A stretch of DNA of 64,000 nt, taken from positions 274,599 to 338,598 of the forward strand of contig JAXLVN010000004.1 in NCBI GenBank assembly GCA_046328995.1, written 5' to 3'. Origin of the DNA: Candidatus Kapaibacterium sp. (GTDB lineage Bacteria > Bacteroidota > Ignavibacteria > Kapaibacteriales > UBA961). The notes under the pieces were generated by a model that did not search any database, had not been told where the DNA came from, and saw nothing but the letters and a program-made list of their open reading frames with translations. Positions 19,101 through 29,488 of this stretch are shown piece by piece (the first letter of the stretch is position 1; every line of letters starts with the position of its first letter). Both the position numbers and the translations under genes were made by a program.

Positions 19101-20336
19101 ATGGCAATTGACCACAACAATGTTGATTTATCGTCGCTGAAAATAAACAGACAAACCCCTACCGAGCCGAGCGGCTCGAAAACTAAGTATGTCGTCACCG
19201 GCGTCGTACTTCTGGCGCTCTTCGGCGCCTATTATTTCCTCAAAGACAGCAACTTTTCCTTTAAGGCAGAAGAAGTAGAAGTCGCAACCGCGATTATGAC
19301 ATCTCCGTCGCAGGCAAATGCCGTGCTCACATCAAGCGGCTATGTCGTCGCACAGCGCAAGGCATCGATCTCCTCGAAAGCGACCGGCAGATTGGAAAAT
19401 TTATACGTCATCGAAGGCGATGTCGTGAAAGCCGGCTCCATCATCGGACGCATCGAAAGCAGTGATGTCGCGGCAAACCTCCAGAATGCCACTGCCTCAC
19501 TCGAAGTATCGAAGGCAAATCTCCAAAATGCATCAGCCGAACTCGAAGATGCCAAGCTCAATCTTGAGCGTCAGCGCCGGCTGAGCCAAAGCGGCGCAAC
19601 TACCTCGTTCGACCTCACGAATTCCGAAGCAAGAGTCAAGCGCGCCGAAGCCGCCGTCGCATCCGCGCAGGCAAGTATCAAAGTGTCGGATGCCAATATC
19701 CGCGCAGCGCAAGTACAAGTAGAAAATACGGTTATCCGCGCACCATTTGACGGAACAGTGCTCAACAAAAACGCAAATGTCGGCGAAGTGATTACCTCAC
19801 TCGGCGGCGCAGTAGGTTCGCGCGGAGCCGTCGTGACAATCGCCGATATGACCTCACTCGAAGTAGAAGCTGACGTCTCCGAGTCGAATATCGAACGTAT
19901 CAAGCCCGCAATGCAATGCGAAATTACCCTCGATGCTTTCCCCGATAAACGCTACCGCGGAGAAGTAAGCAAGATCATCCCAACCGCCGACCGCGCCAAA
20001 GCGACCGTCCTCACCAAAATTAAATTCACTGATCGTGATGCACGCGTGCTACCCGAAATGAGCGCTAAAGTGATGTTCCTTAAGGATAATACAAGCACTG
20101 AAAGCGAATCTGCCCCGCCCAAACTAACCATCCCGGCCGCGTCTGTCGTCTCTAAAAATGGCAAGAAAGTGGTCTTCGTGATGAAAAATGATGTGGTGCA
20201 AGAGGTCCCTGTACAAGTCGGTGAAACATTAGGCGGAGCCCTCGAGATACTCAGCGGATTAACCGCCGGCGATAAAGTAATTCTCGTCCCATCAGATAAG
20301 CTCAAGTCCGGAACAGCAGTGACTCTTAAAAAATAA
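19101..20336 (+). CDS. HlyD/MacA-family periplasmic adaptor subunit of an efflux system
   Basis: An N-terminal TM segment is followed by biotinyl-lipoyl-like and coiled-coil segments. It lies immediately upstream of the ABC ATPase and FtsX permeases. Confidence 0.8.
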   Translation: MAIDHNNVDLSSLKINRQTPTEPSGSKTKYVVTGVVLLALFGAYYFLKDSNFSFKAEEVEVATAIMTSPSQANAVLTSSGYVVAQRKASISSKATGRLENLYVIEGDVVKAGSIIGRIESSDVAANLQNATASLEVSKANLQNASAELEDAKLNLERQRRLSQSGATTSFDLTNSEARVKRAEAAVASAQASIKVSDANIRAAQVQVENTVIRAPFDGTVLNKNANVGEVITSLGGAVGSRGAVVTIADMTSLEVEADVSESNIERIKPAMQCEITLDAFPDKRYRGEVSKIIPTADRAKATVLTKIKFTDRDARVLPEMSAKVMFLKDNTSTESESAPPKLTIPAASVVSKNGKKVVFVMKNDVVQEVPVQVGETLGGALEILSGLTAGDKVILVPSDKLKSGTAVTLKK

Positions 20337-20435
20337 ATTATCCGTACTGACATACAGTTGTCAAAAGCGAACCCTAATTTCGCGCTCATTCATTCCAAGG
20401 GAATTAACATACATATTTTTATTCATTATTATTAG

Positions 20436-21128
<693 letters not shown>

Positions 21129-21131
21129 TCC

Positions 21132-22292
21132 ATGAATACCACACGTATGGTTCTTAAAAACACCCTCCGCCACCCCTTGCGTAATATCCTTACCGTAATT
21201 GGGATAGCGATTGCAGTGTCGGCGTTTGGCCTGCTGCGAACGGTGCTTACCTCCTGGGATGCAGGTATCGAGGCCGGCTCGGTCGATCGGCTCGTTACCC
21301 GTGATGCGGTGTCGTTTATCTTTCCGCTGCCGCTGTCGTATGCTGAAAAGATTGAGCGAACCGATGGCATCGAAAAACTATGCTATATGAATTGGTTCGG
21401 CGGCGTGTATAAAGACAAGCAAAACTTCTTCCCGCGGATGGCTTGCCAACCGGAGAGAATCTTTGATGTGTATCCCGAATATATGGTCACCCCGCAGGAA
21501 CGCGAGGCATTTATCAAGGAGAGGAATGCTTGTGTCATTGGTGAGTCTATTGCCAAGCAATTCAATATCAAGCTGGGCGATATCATGACCGTTGATGGCG
21601 ATATTTACCCGGGAAAATGGGACTTCGTGGTGCGGGGAATTTATAAACGTCGGGACCAAAGCACCGACGGCACGCAGATGTTCTTTAGCTGGGTGTATAT
21701 GAATGAACGCCTCTTGCAGGAGTCACCATCCCGCGCGAATAAAATCGGGTGGGTGGTCGCAAAATTGAAGCCGAGAACAAATCCTGCCGCCGTTTCCAAG
21801 GCAATTGATAATCAATTTTTGAATTCGAGTGCGGAGACGAAGAGCGAAACAGAACGTGCCTTTAATCAAAGCTTTTTTGAGTCTTATAGTGCAATTTTTA
21901 CGGCAATTAGAATTATGTCGTTTCTCATTATCGGCATTATTCTCATGGTACTTGGCAATACGATGATTATGTCCACCCGTGAGCGCACCCGCGAATATGC
22001 GATGCTCAAGGCCCTCGGATTCCGGGGGAATCATCTCGTGGCGTTTATCGCTGGCGAGTCGGTGGTGATTGCATTCATCGGGGCGATTATCGGCGTCGGA
22101 CTGCTCTATGTGATGGTTCTCGGCGCGAGTGCTGTGGTACCGAAACAGTTCTTCCCCGTATTCTTTATCGCACCGAGCACGTATTTCATATCATTCGGTT
22201 CTGCCTTACTGCTTGGCGTGCTTGCTTCGATTCTACCGGTGATGCATAATACAAAAATACAGATCGTCGAAGGTCTGCGCTTTAATGGGTAA
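21132..22292 (+). CDS. ABC transporter permease, FtsX/MacB-like
   Basis: It has an N-terminal TM, a large periplasmic domain and a C-terminal FtsX-like 3-TM bundle. It begins 4 nt after the ATPase gene. Confidence 0.8.
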   Translation: MNTTRMVLKNTLRHPLRNILTVIGIAIAVSAFGLLRTVLTSWDAGIEAGSVDRLVTRDAVSFIFPLPLSYAEKIERTDGIEKLCYMNWFGGVYKDKQNFFPRMACQPERIFDVYPEYMVTPQEREAFIKERNACVIGESIAKQFNIKLGDIMTVDGDIYPGKWDFVVRGIYKRRDQSTDGTQMFFSWVYMNERLLQESPSRANKIGWVVAKLKPRTNPAAVSKAIDNQFLNSSAETKSETERAFNQSFFESYSAIFTAIRIMSFLIIGIILMVLGNTMIMSTRERTREYAMLKALGFRGNHLVAFIAGESVVIAFIGAIIGVGLLYVMVLGASAVVPKQFFPVFFIAPSTYFISFGSALLLGVLASILPVMHNTKIQIVEGLRFNG

Positions 22293-22319
22293 TTATCTTC
22301 CATTTACTTTACGATTAGT

Positions 22320-23486
22320 ATGAACATTCCATTCTATTATATTCTCAAAAATTTCTTCGCACGGAAATTAACGGCGTCGATTACAATTGTCGGCGTCGCG
22401 CTCGTGGTATTCGTCTTTGCCGCCGTGCTCATGATGGCGTATGGCGTTGAAAAAGCCCTCATAGCAACAGGTTCGGACGAGAATGCCATTATCACCCGCA
22501 AGGGCTCGAATAACGAAATATCAAGTATAATCGACCTGCCAACAGCCAATGAACTCTCGACATTAAAAGGAATTGCAAAGGATGCTCAGGGCAAGCCCAT
22601 CGTATCCTACGAAGTGGCTACGGTGATAAATTTAGACAAAAAGTCCGGCGGGATGAGTAATGTTTCCGTGCGCGGTGTGAGCCCGCAAGTCTTTACGCTG
22701 CGACCAAATGTGAAGATTGTACAAGGTGTGTGGTTCAAAAACGGCGCGCGGGAAATCGTCGTTGGTAAGCAGGCAAATGAACGCTTTACCGGTGCAGGTC
22801 TTGGCGATAAAGTTAAATTCGGCGGTGACTTCTGGACAATTGTCGGCGTGATGGATGCCGGTGGCAGCGCCTTCGACTCCGAAATGTGGGGCGATGTGGA
22901 GCAATTACGCGGCGCCTACAAACGCGAGGCGTATTCGAGCATGACGTTTAGATTTGAAAGTAAAGACGAGCTTGAAGTAATGAAAAGTAAGATGACAAGC
23001 GACCCGCGGCTCAATCAGATGGAAGTGGAAGTCGAGCGTAGCTTCTTCGAAAAGCAGGCAGCGGCGCTTTCTACCTTCCTTCGCATACTGGGCTTGGTGA
23101 TTACCATCATTTTCAGTGTAGGCGCGATGATCGGTGCGATGATTACGATGTACACATCGGTGGCGAACCGTACGGTCGAGATCGGTACATTGCGTGCATT
23201 GGGCTTTCATAAGTGGTCGGTACTGTTTGCCTTTTTATTTGAATCCCTTATGCTCTCATTTGTCGGCGGACTTATTGGATTAGTCCTTGCGTCCGGGCTA
23301 ACGTTCTTCTCGATTTCTACGATGAATTTCAGTTCGTTCTCGGAGCTTGCTTTCTCCTTTGCCCTTTCGCCGATGATCGTCGTCTTGTCCCTCGGATTTG
23401 CCGTGCTGATGGGGTTCGTCGGCGGAGTATTACCGTCGTTGCGCGCCTCAGGTATGAAAATTGTCGATTCGTTACGTGGAGCGTAA
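22320..23486 (+). CDS. ABC transporter permease, FtsX/MacB-like (second copy)
   Basis: It is paralogous in architecture to 21132..22292. Confidence 0.8.
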   Translation: MNIPFYYILKNFFARKLTASITIVGVALVVFVFAAVLMMAYGVEKALIATGSDENAIITRKGSNNEISSIIDLPTANELSTLKGIAKDAQGKPIVSYEVATVINLDKKSGGMSNVSVRGVSPQVFTLRPNVKIVQGVWFKNGAREIVVGKQANERFTGAGLGDKVKFGGDFWTIVGVMDAGGSAFDSEMWGDVEQLRGAYKREAYSSMTFRFESKDELEVMKSKMTSDPRLNQMEVEVERSFFEKQAAALSTFLRILGLVITIIFSVGAMIGAMITMYTSVANRTVEIGTLRALGFHKWSVLFAFLFESLMLSFVGGLIGLVLASGLTFFSISTMNFSSFSELAFSFALSPMIVVLSLGFAVLMGFVGGVLPSLRASGMKIVDSLRGA

Positions 23487-23506
23487 CTGATTATTTTTGA
23501 AAGTAA

Positions 23507-24811
23507 TTACTGCACGAAAATTGTCTGCTCTTTAGACTCCATTTCAAAAATCGGCACCTTCTCGACGAGTCCCGGATGACCGAGCATACGCAAAAGATAT
23601 GGCGGCAAAGCGCGAAAACGCAGGCGGATGCTCACTTGAATCACGGCTCCTTTGCGTTGTGGTATCGGAATTTGAAATCGATTCATGCGTGATTCAAAGG
23701 GCGGAATCGTTCGATTCTCCACAAAATCAGCTTCCCAGAAAAAAGGCGTTTCGTTGCCATGACGAAGCGCCTTTCCGTTATAGAGCGCCAGGGATTTGTC
23801 CTCACTGATGCGTCCGCTGCGTACTTCATCACTGTGATAGTCCATCAAATCGCCATTTTTATCCAGCAGACCGGAGGCAAAAAGCGTGTCGCCTCTCTCA
23901 TCTTTTGCGATGACTTCGAGCCACATCTGACGTTCGAAAATCGCGCCGGAGGGAATGTTGTGTCCGGTAAGAATGTTTTGGATAACGGCTTGGAGAGATA
24001 GCGTGCCGTCCTGCATGCGAACCGTCTGCGGCGCAATGATGTCCATTTGTACTGAATACGTTAGCATGGAAGCGATTTCATTGATGGTTTCTTCTCGTCC
24101 GGGGAATTCTGTCAGTGGCACATCGACACCGACCATCGTGTGATGATGGACGCGCTCACGGACCGGACCGCCGGTAGCGGCTTTCCCGGTGTAAAATTTC
24201 ATGTGACAGGTTTGGCAGGAGATGAGCCGGCCGGGGAAGGTGCTGTTTTTCCACTCGGTAAAGGTACGTTCGATCGGGAAATTATTCGGCGTATTGAAGT
24301 CATGACACGGACGGCAAACTTCGGAATTATCATCAAATTGTGCCGCATATTCCGAACGGTGATAAGCGTTTGGCAGAGGGTCAGGGATCGGACCGAGGCG
24401 TGTCGAGTCAAGGATGAATTTGAGGGAATTACTCGTTGTCGATTGATTAGGCGCAAGGCGATGACACACGTCGCAGCTGATACCATGGGCAGACATTCCG
24501 GAGAGTTTGTTCCGCTCACCCGAGTGCGCGATATTGTCAATTAACACAGATGTGGGAGAGTGGCATTCGACGCAGAACTGTCCGAGGCGTCCGGCGGAAC
24601 GTAACTGTCCAACGCTATCGAGTGCGAAGAGAACCGGATCTTTCATCGCATAGGCATGCATCGACGCCTCCCATTCACGGAAATGATCCGGATGGCAGGA
24701 GCGGCATTCTTCGGGCGCTGCAAATGCCCGGCGGAAGAGTTCGAGAGAATCTTTCCGTGAGGCGGGCGGGAGCGTAACGGTCTCGACAGTGTCGTTGCAA
24801 CTGCTTGCCAT
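23507..24811 (-). CDS. Multiheme c-type cytochrome (five CXXCH motifs) with an uncertain start
   Basis: The five motifs are CRSCH, CVECH, CDVCH, CRPCH and CQTCH. The first in-frame ATG (MASSCND, 24811) gives no signal peptide. The ORF-track entry 23507..25285 runs upstream into the SUMF1 gene and includes a signal-like hydrophobic stretch that has no ATG/GTG/TTG start within reach. Confidence 0.6.
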   Translation of the reverse strand: MASSCNDTVETVTLPPASRKDSLELFRRAFAAPEECRSCHPDHFREWEASMHAYAMKDPVLFALDSVGQLRSAGRLGQFCVECHSPTSVLIDNIAHSGERNKLSGMSAHGISCDVCHRLAPNQSTTSNSLKFILDSTRLGPIPDPLPNAYHRSEYAAQFDDNSEVCRPCHDFNTPNNFPIERTFTEWKNSTFPGRLISCQTCHMKFYTGKAATGGPVRERVHHHTMVGVDVPLTEFPGREETINEIASMLTYSVQMDIIAPQTVRMQDGTLSLQAVIQNILTGHNIPSGAIFERQMWLEVIAKDERGDTLFASGLLDKNGDLMDYHSDEVRSGRISEDKSLALYNGKALRHGNETPFFWEADFVENRTIPPFESRMNRFQIPIPQRKGAVIQVSIRLRFRALPPYLLRMLGHPGLVEKVPIFEMESKEQTIFVQ

Positions 24812-24839
24812 AAAAGCAAGTAAGCACGCAAGTAAACCC

Positions 24840-25976
24840 TTACGGCAGAGTGCGTACCACCCGAAAGCCCGTCGTGTTGCTGGGATGTTCTGGATATTGA
24901 ATACCACGATTAGATACCCGTAAATTAAAAAGTGAACTCGAAAATGCACCGCCACGCAGCAGGCGTTCAGCGCCCGAGGCAGGACCAAGCGGGTCTGTTG
25001 CCGGTGAGGTACGATAATAACTGTCGAGATAATAGTCCCAGCACCATTCGCTGACATTTCCGATGACATCATAGAGTCCGAAGGCGTTGGGTGTTTTTTG
25101 TCCTGCCGTGTGCGTCTCTTCGTTGGCATTGGCGCAGTACCATGCGAGAGGGGCGAGCACAGGATCGGCGGGTGTGCAGCCGTTATTCGACTGAAGATAA
25201 TCGCCGCCATAGCTGTCGGTGGTCGTGCCGCCGCGGGCTGCATATTCCCACTCGGCTTCGGTGGGCAGGCGGTAACCGCTTGCATTGAAATTACAGACGA
25301 CAGAGTCGTCTATCCATGAATAGCATGGGGTTAGCCCGGCGCGCACGGAAAGCCGATTGCAAAAGTCAAGAGCATCATTCCACGAAATATTCTCGACCGG
25401 CAGCGAATCACCCCGGAACCAACTCGGATTGTACCCCATTAGCATGCGCCATTCACGCTGCAGTACTTCCATTCTTCCAACGGCAATCCGCCGGGAGAGC
25501 GTGATTTGGTGCACGGGCTGTTCGTAAAAATTCTTGTCCGAACCCATCATATATTTCCCGGCGGGGAGCTCGGTCATAGCGATAACCGGATACGCAGAGC
25601 GGATATTAATATGAATAATCGACGTAGCAGCGAGGCGTCCATCGTTGGCATCATAGAGATTCACCCGCAGGAAATACCATCCATCATCAGGAAAACTGAT
25701 ACTAATCTGACGAACGGATGACCGGGGAGCAATGATCGAATCATCGAGCAGCCATTCATAGTGTGGCTGCGAGGGTGGATTGGTGGTAAATGTTGAATAA
25801 ATATAGGGTTGCCCCGGCACACCTTCCAGCGCTGATGCCGTCGCCAGTATCGAGAGCGTACTCTGCGGCAGCCGGACGGTCACCGTTTCCTGCGCGCAGC
25901 TTCCGAGCAATACGCCAAGAGCAGCGTACAGCAGAAGGATAATGGTCGTATGTAGGAACGTCAAGCGACGAAGCAT
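24840..25976 (-). CDS. SUMF1/FGE-sulfatase-domain (formylglycine-generating-enzyme family) protein with signal peptide
   Basis: A C-terminal FGE-sulfatase domain is present (RLPTEAEWEYAARGG...GLYDVIGNVSEWCWD...LRGGAF...RGIQYPEHPSNTTGFRVVR). The N-terminal signal is MLRRLTFLHTTIILLLYAALGVLLGSCAQ. Confidence 0.75.
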   Translation of the reverse strand: MLRRLTFLHTTIILLLYAALGVLLGSCAQETVTVRLPQSTLSILATASALEGVPGQPYIYSTFTTNPPSQPHYEWLLDDSIIAPRSSVRQISISFPDDGWYFLRVNLYDANDGRLAATSIIHINIRSAYPVIAMTELPAGKYMMGSDKNFYEQPVHQITLSRRIAVGRMEVLQREWRMLMGYNPSWFRGDSLPVENISWNDALDFCNRLSVRAGLTPCYSWIDDSVVCNFNASGYRLPTEAEWEYAARGGTTTDSYGGDYLQSNNGCTPADPVLAPLAWYCANANEETHTAGQKTPNAFGLYDVIGNVSEWCWDYYLDSYYRTSPATDPLGPASGAERLLRGGAFSSSLFNLRVSNRGIQYPEHPSNTTGFRVVRTLP

Positions 25977-26163
25977 GGAATTCTCACCGGGAATTGATAT
26001 TGACCGGCAAATTAATCAATTTGGTGAATTATTAGGGTAAAAAAAATACGGGTGGATAAAGGAGTCCAAAGTGAGCTTGCAGAGAACATTATTCTGAGCG
26101 AATTTTCGAGGTAACATTAGATCGAAAATATTGTAAATGGTTTGATTTCAACAAGCTACTGCA

Positions 26164-26751
26164 TCAATACCACAACTGCCACTGCACCTTCGCGCTCAGC
26201 GACGTAAGTGATACCTGTCGCTCGGGGATAGCATAATAGCGGAGGTCGCCGCCGATACTGATTGACCGTGAAAGCGGATACGCATAGCCGCCGCCGAGCA
26301 TCCATCCTATTTCCCATTGGGTGCTTGCGGTGAAGTCGGCGTCATTGAGTGTGGCATTGACGCGGTAATTGTACACGCCGACGCCGGAGGTGAGCTCGAT
26401 GCCGTATTTTTCCATGCTGAATATGAGGAGGGCGGGGATGGCGTCGAGTTCGAGCGTGGTGCCCGGTGGCAGCGTCGCATCCTGCTTAACGATGAGATTC
26501 GACACCCGCAGGAGTCCGGTCTCGACACCCATGCCGAGCAAATGATCGGGACGCCAGATAAGCCGTAGCGTCCGCAGAAAGCCGAGCTGGGAATAGTCGG
26601 CTTTATCGACGTCAATCGAACGTTCGATATGGGACTGCGAGAGCCCGAGATTGGCCTGCACGATGAGGCGGTAATCACCACGGAGAGAGTCTTCCTGCGC
26701 GCTTGCAAGGCAGGGTATCAGAAGGAGAAGAGCGAGTATCAGTACTTTCAT
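26164..26751 (-). CDS. Small outer-membrane beta-barrel protein
   Basis: It has a signal peptide, alternating hydrophobic strands and a C-terminal aromatic residue (..QWQLWY). It overlaps the upstream GDPD gene by 4 nt. Confidence 0.6.
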   Translation of the reverse strand: MKVLILALLLLIPCLASAQEDSLRGDYRLIVQANLGLSQSHIERSIDVDKADYSQLGFLRTLRLIWRPDHLLGMGVETGLLRVSNLIVKQDATLPPGTTLELDAIPALLIFSMEKYGIELTSGVGVYNYRVNATLNDADFTASTQWEIGWMLGGGYAYPLSRSISIGGDLRYYAIPERQVSLTSLSAKVQWQLWY

Positions 26752-28040
26752 CGGCGGATATAATAATTATAGGCAACGACAGTAGGGTAATTTGTCAGGA
26801 TTCCATCATACTCGCCTTCATTTAAAAATTGGACGATAAATTCCGGCTGATCCAGCGTCCAGACAAATGCCCGTCGGTTCTCGGCATGCAGCCGGCTTAC
26901 CTCACTCTGCAGCGTGCCGAGTGTCCAGCGCGGAGCAAAGACTTTGGAATTCGCCTCCTGCGTCTGACGTACACTTAATTCGCAGATCGACGGCACACTT
27001 GCATGCTCCGGATGTGCGACAAATGCCTGATAAATCTCATCGGACGCCAGGCCGAAAAAAATCTCCAGACTGTCACGCTTGCCGGCAGCTTGAAGCAGCT
27101 GCGCCCGCTCAATGTATTTTTTTTGCATCGGAATAATCATTTCTACCTCGGCGGCTTCTTTGATATCGAGCCATACTGCCGTGAGCGAGGTCGAGTCCAC
27201 CACCGTTCGGAGGACGTCGTCAAGGGTCGGGATACGCTCGCCATTTTTAAGGCGACAAAGTTCCTGAAGCTGCCCGTACGTGTAATTCCCAATCGCTCCT
27301 ACCATATACTCACCATTGATGAGCCGTGTATTGAGATTTTCGTCATGATAGAGCACCGGAACGCCGTCACGGGTGAGCCGCACGTCGATTTCAACTCCAT
27401 TGGCACCAAGCTTGCCGGCGAATTTGATGAGTTCGGTCGAGTTCTCCGAAAATGGCAAACGGTCGCTATTACGCCCGCCTCCGCGGTGCGCGATGATCCA
27501 GAATTTCCCGTTAGTTTTTTCTTTTATACGCTCGTAGAGCGGTCGTACATACTGCAATACAAGAGGTTCACTCGGCAAAGCATCACTTCCGCCCACTGCG
27601 CCGCGGATAGTGAGGGTAGCAGGGCGGGTAGAACGTAGAATTTCCCGGGCTCCATCATTTTTATGTATTTCCAATGTGGAGAGTCCTGTCTGCGGTGATT
27701 GGGCATTGCGCCAGTAGCCGGCATAGAGAATCGAGGAATCTTTCATGCCGCTGCGGCATACCATGTACGTCGAATTTTTCTGACAAAAAATCGACAGTGA
27801 CTCGCGGTCATGCTTGAGAATGACCGTGTCGCCGAAGCGCGCATTCCCCTGTGATACAACATAGACACCTTCGAGTAATCTCCTCGCCTGATTGGGTATC
27901 GTACTCGTGCCTTGGAGCGTCGGCGCCAGAAGTTCGGTGTCGGGCACGATGATGCGGAGTTCACTGTTGCACGATGCTACCAAGCAGCATACCGCGACAA
28001 TACATGCATTCATACAGAGAATAATGCCGTTGATATTCAT
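26748..28040 (-). CDS. Lipoprotein with a C-terminal glycerophosphodiester phosphodiesterase (GDPD) domain
   Basis: A lipobox (LVASCNS) is present. The GDPD motif is WIIAHRGGG...ENSTELIKFAGKLGANGVEIDVRLTRDGVPVLYHD. The N-terminal region is ~190 aa. Confidence 0.7.
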   Translation of the reverse strand: MNINGIILCMNACIVAVCCLVASCNSELRIIVPDTELLAPTLQGTSTIPNQARRLLEGVYVVSQGNARFGDTVILKHDRESLSIFCQKNSTYMVCRSGMKDSSILYAGYWRNAQSPQTGLSTLEIHKNDGAREILRSTRPATLTIRGAVGGSDALPSEPLVLQYVRPLYERIKEKTNGKFWIIAHRGGGRNSDRLPFSENSTELIKFAGKLGANGVEIDVRLTRDGVPVLYHDENLNTRLINGEYMVGAIGNYTYGQLQELCRLKNGERIPTLDDVLRTVVDSTSLTAVWLDIKEAAEVEMIIPMQKKYIERAQLLQAAGKRDSLEIFFGLASDEIYQAFVAHPEHASVPSICELSVRQTQEANSKVFAPRWTLGTLQSEVSRLHAENRRAFVWTLDQPEFIVQFLNEGEYDGILTNYPTVVAYNYYIRR

Positions 28041-28744
28041 AAGATCACTCCAATTGAAAATTCGGGATAAATCAGGCGGTCATTGAACGTTGAAAATGCG
28101 AGCCAGGATTGGTAAGCGTTGCTGAGGTTGTTGATTTTAAGACCAAGAAGAATATGGGTTTTGCGGAAGAAGGGCTGTTCGGTATAGACCCCAATCGACC
28201 CTCCTGCGAAGGTGTTTTTTTCGCTCAGTACTTCAATATCGCCCACCCGTGTGCTGCGTGCGGTGATATAAAGTACTTCACCGCGAACGGTGATGAACAC
28301 TTCATCAAACGCGAAGCCGAGGGAGACATGCGGGGTATTGAGCCAGCCGATAGCTGACACATCGAAGCTATTGTCCATAGTGGCAAAGCCGTACCAGAGA
28401 GTGCTGTAGTCACCGACGGAGAGCGCAAGGCGTCCGTAGCTGATATTCCACGATGCGCCAATGGAGGCAAGATTGGTGATGTAATTACTCCCGAGGCGTC
28501 CGGTAAGCGCAAAATTCAGCGGTAAATTATACCGGAAATTCCCGTCGAGCATAGGGATTTGCCGGATTTCTTCTTCGGCTATCGGGCGTGGGACGAAGGT
28601 CGTCGTCGCGCCGATGCAGCCGGAGAAGGTATAGGCATCTGCTTCGCGGGGGAAGAGAACGTAAGCGCCTGTAGAGTCAGCTTGCTGAGCTAATGCGAGG
28701 GAGGGGAGGAGGAGGCACAGAACACCAAGGAGCAGAGTTTTCAT
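28037..28744 (-). CDS. Outer-membrane beta-barrel protein
   Basis: It has a signal peptide (MKTLLLGVLCLLLPSLALAQ) and a beta-strand pattern. Its stop overlaps the GDPD start by 4 nt. Confidence 0.55.
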   Translation of the reverse strand: MKTLLLGVLCLLLPSLALAQQADSTGAYVLFPREADAYTFSGCIGATTTFVPRPIAEEEIRQIPMLDGNFRYNLPLNFALTGRLGSNYITNLASIGASWNISYGRLALSVGDYSTLWYGFATMDNSFDVSAIGWLNTPHVSLGFAFDEVFITVRGEVLYITARSTRVGDIEVLSEKNTFAGGSIGVYTEQPFFRKTHILLGLKINNLSNAYQSWLAFSTFNDRLIYPEFSIGVIL

Positions 28745-29004
28745 GTAGTTCCTGAGTATAAATAAAAGTCATGTCGCCTATTGAGTACAGAGCCCGGGAA
28801 GAGGTTTATTCGGAAAATCGTCGTCGCCACCGATAAACGTACACCCGGAAATTTGGCGCAAAATTAACCTTTTCACGGGCACTCAATCGGCATTTTTGCA
28901 AAAAATAACCTCTTTATTCCTGAATTATATCGGCTTTTTCCATGGCGTTTCGTATTTTTGCTGTCGCAATTACTCAAATCCCGAATTCAAATCGAAATGC
29001 ATTT

Positions 29005-29478
29005 ATGGAAATTATCTTTACTGCTGACGAACTTGCCGAAGTTGCACGCCTGAAAGCCCAATACCCAGAGCCCAAAGCCGCTATTATGCCTGTCCTGTGG
29101 ATGGCGCAGAAGAAATTCGGCTGGCTCTCCGAAGACGTTATGAAATACGTTGGTGAAGTGATGAATCTTCCTCAGTCGCATGTCTTGGGTGTAGCGACGT
29201 TCTACACAATGTATTTCAAAAAACCGATGGGGAAATATCATGTGCAGGTATGTACCAATGTATCATGTATGTTACGCGGTGGAGAAGCGCTCTACGACCA
29301 TGTATCGCACACCTATGGTATCAAGCACAATGAGACCACACCCGACGGACGTATTTCTCTCGAAGAGGTAGAATGTATGGGCGCATGTGGCGGCGCTCCG
29401 ATGATTGCGATTAACGAAACATTCCACGAAAATGTAACTGCGTCTCAAGTCGATGCGTTACTCTCGTCACTCCACTGA
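29005..29478 (+). CDS. NuoE-family thioredoxin-like [2Fe-2S] ferredoxin (NADH dehydrogenase 24 kDa-subunit-like), standalone
   Basis: The start is taken at MEIIFTADE. The Cys motifs are C-x4-C (CTNVSC) and C-x3-C (CMGACGGAP). No other nuo genes are nearby. Confidence 0.65.
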   Translation: MEIIFTADELAEVARLKAQYPEPKAAIMPVLWMAQKKFGWLSEDVMKYVGEVMNLPQSHVLGVATFYTMYFKKPMGKYHVQVCTNVSCMLRGGEALYDHVSHTYGIKHNETTPDGRISLEEVECMGACGGAPMIAINETFHENVTASQVDALLSSLH

Positions 29479-29488
29479 TTAACTACTT

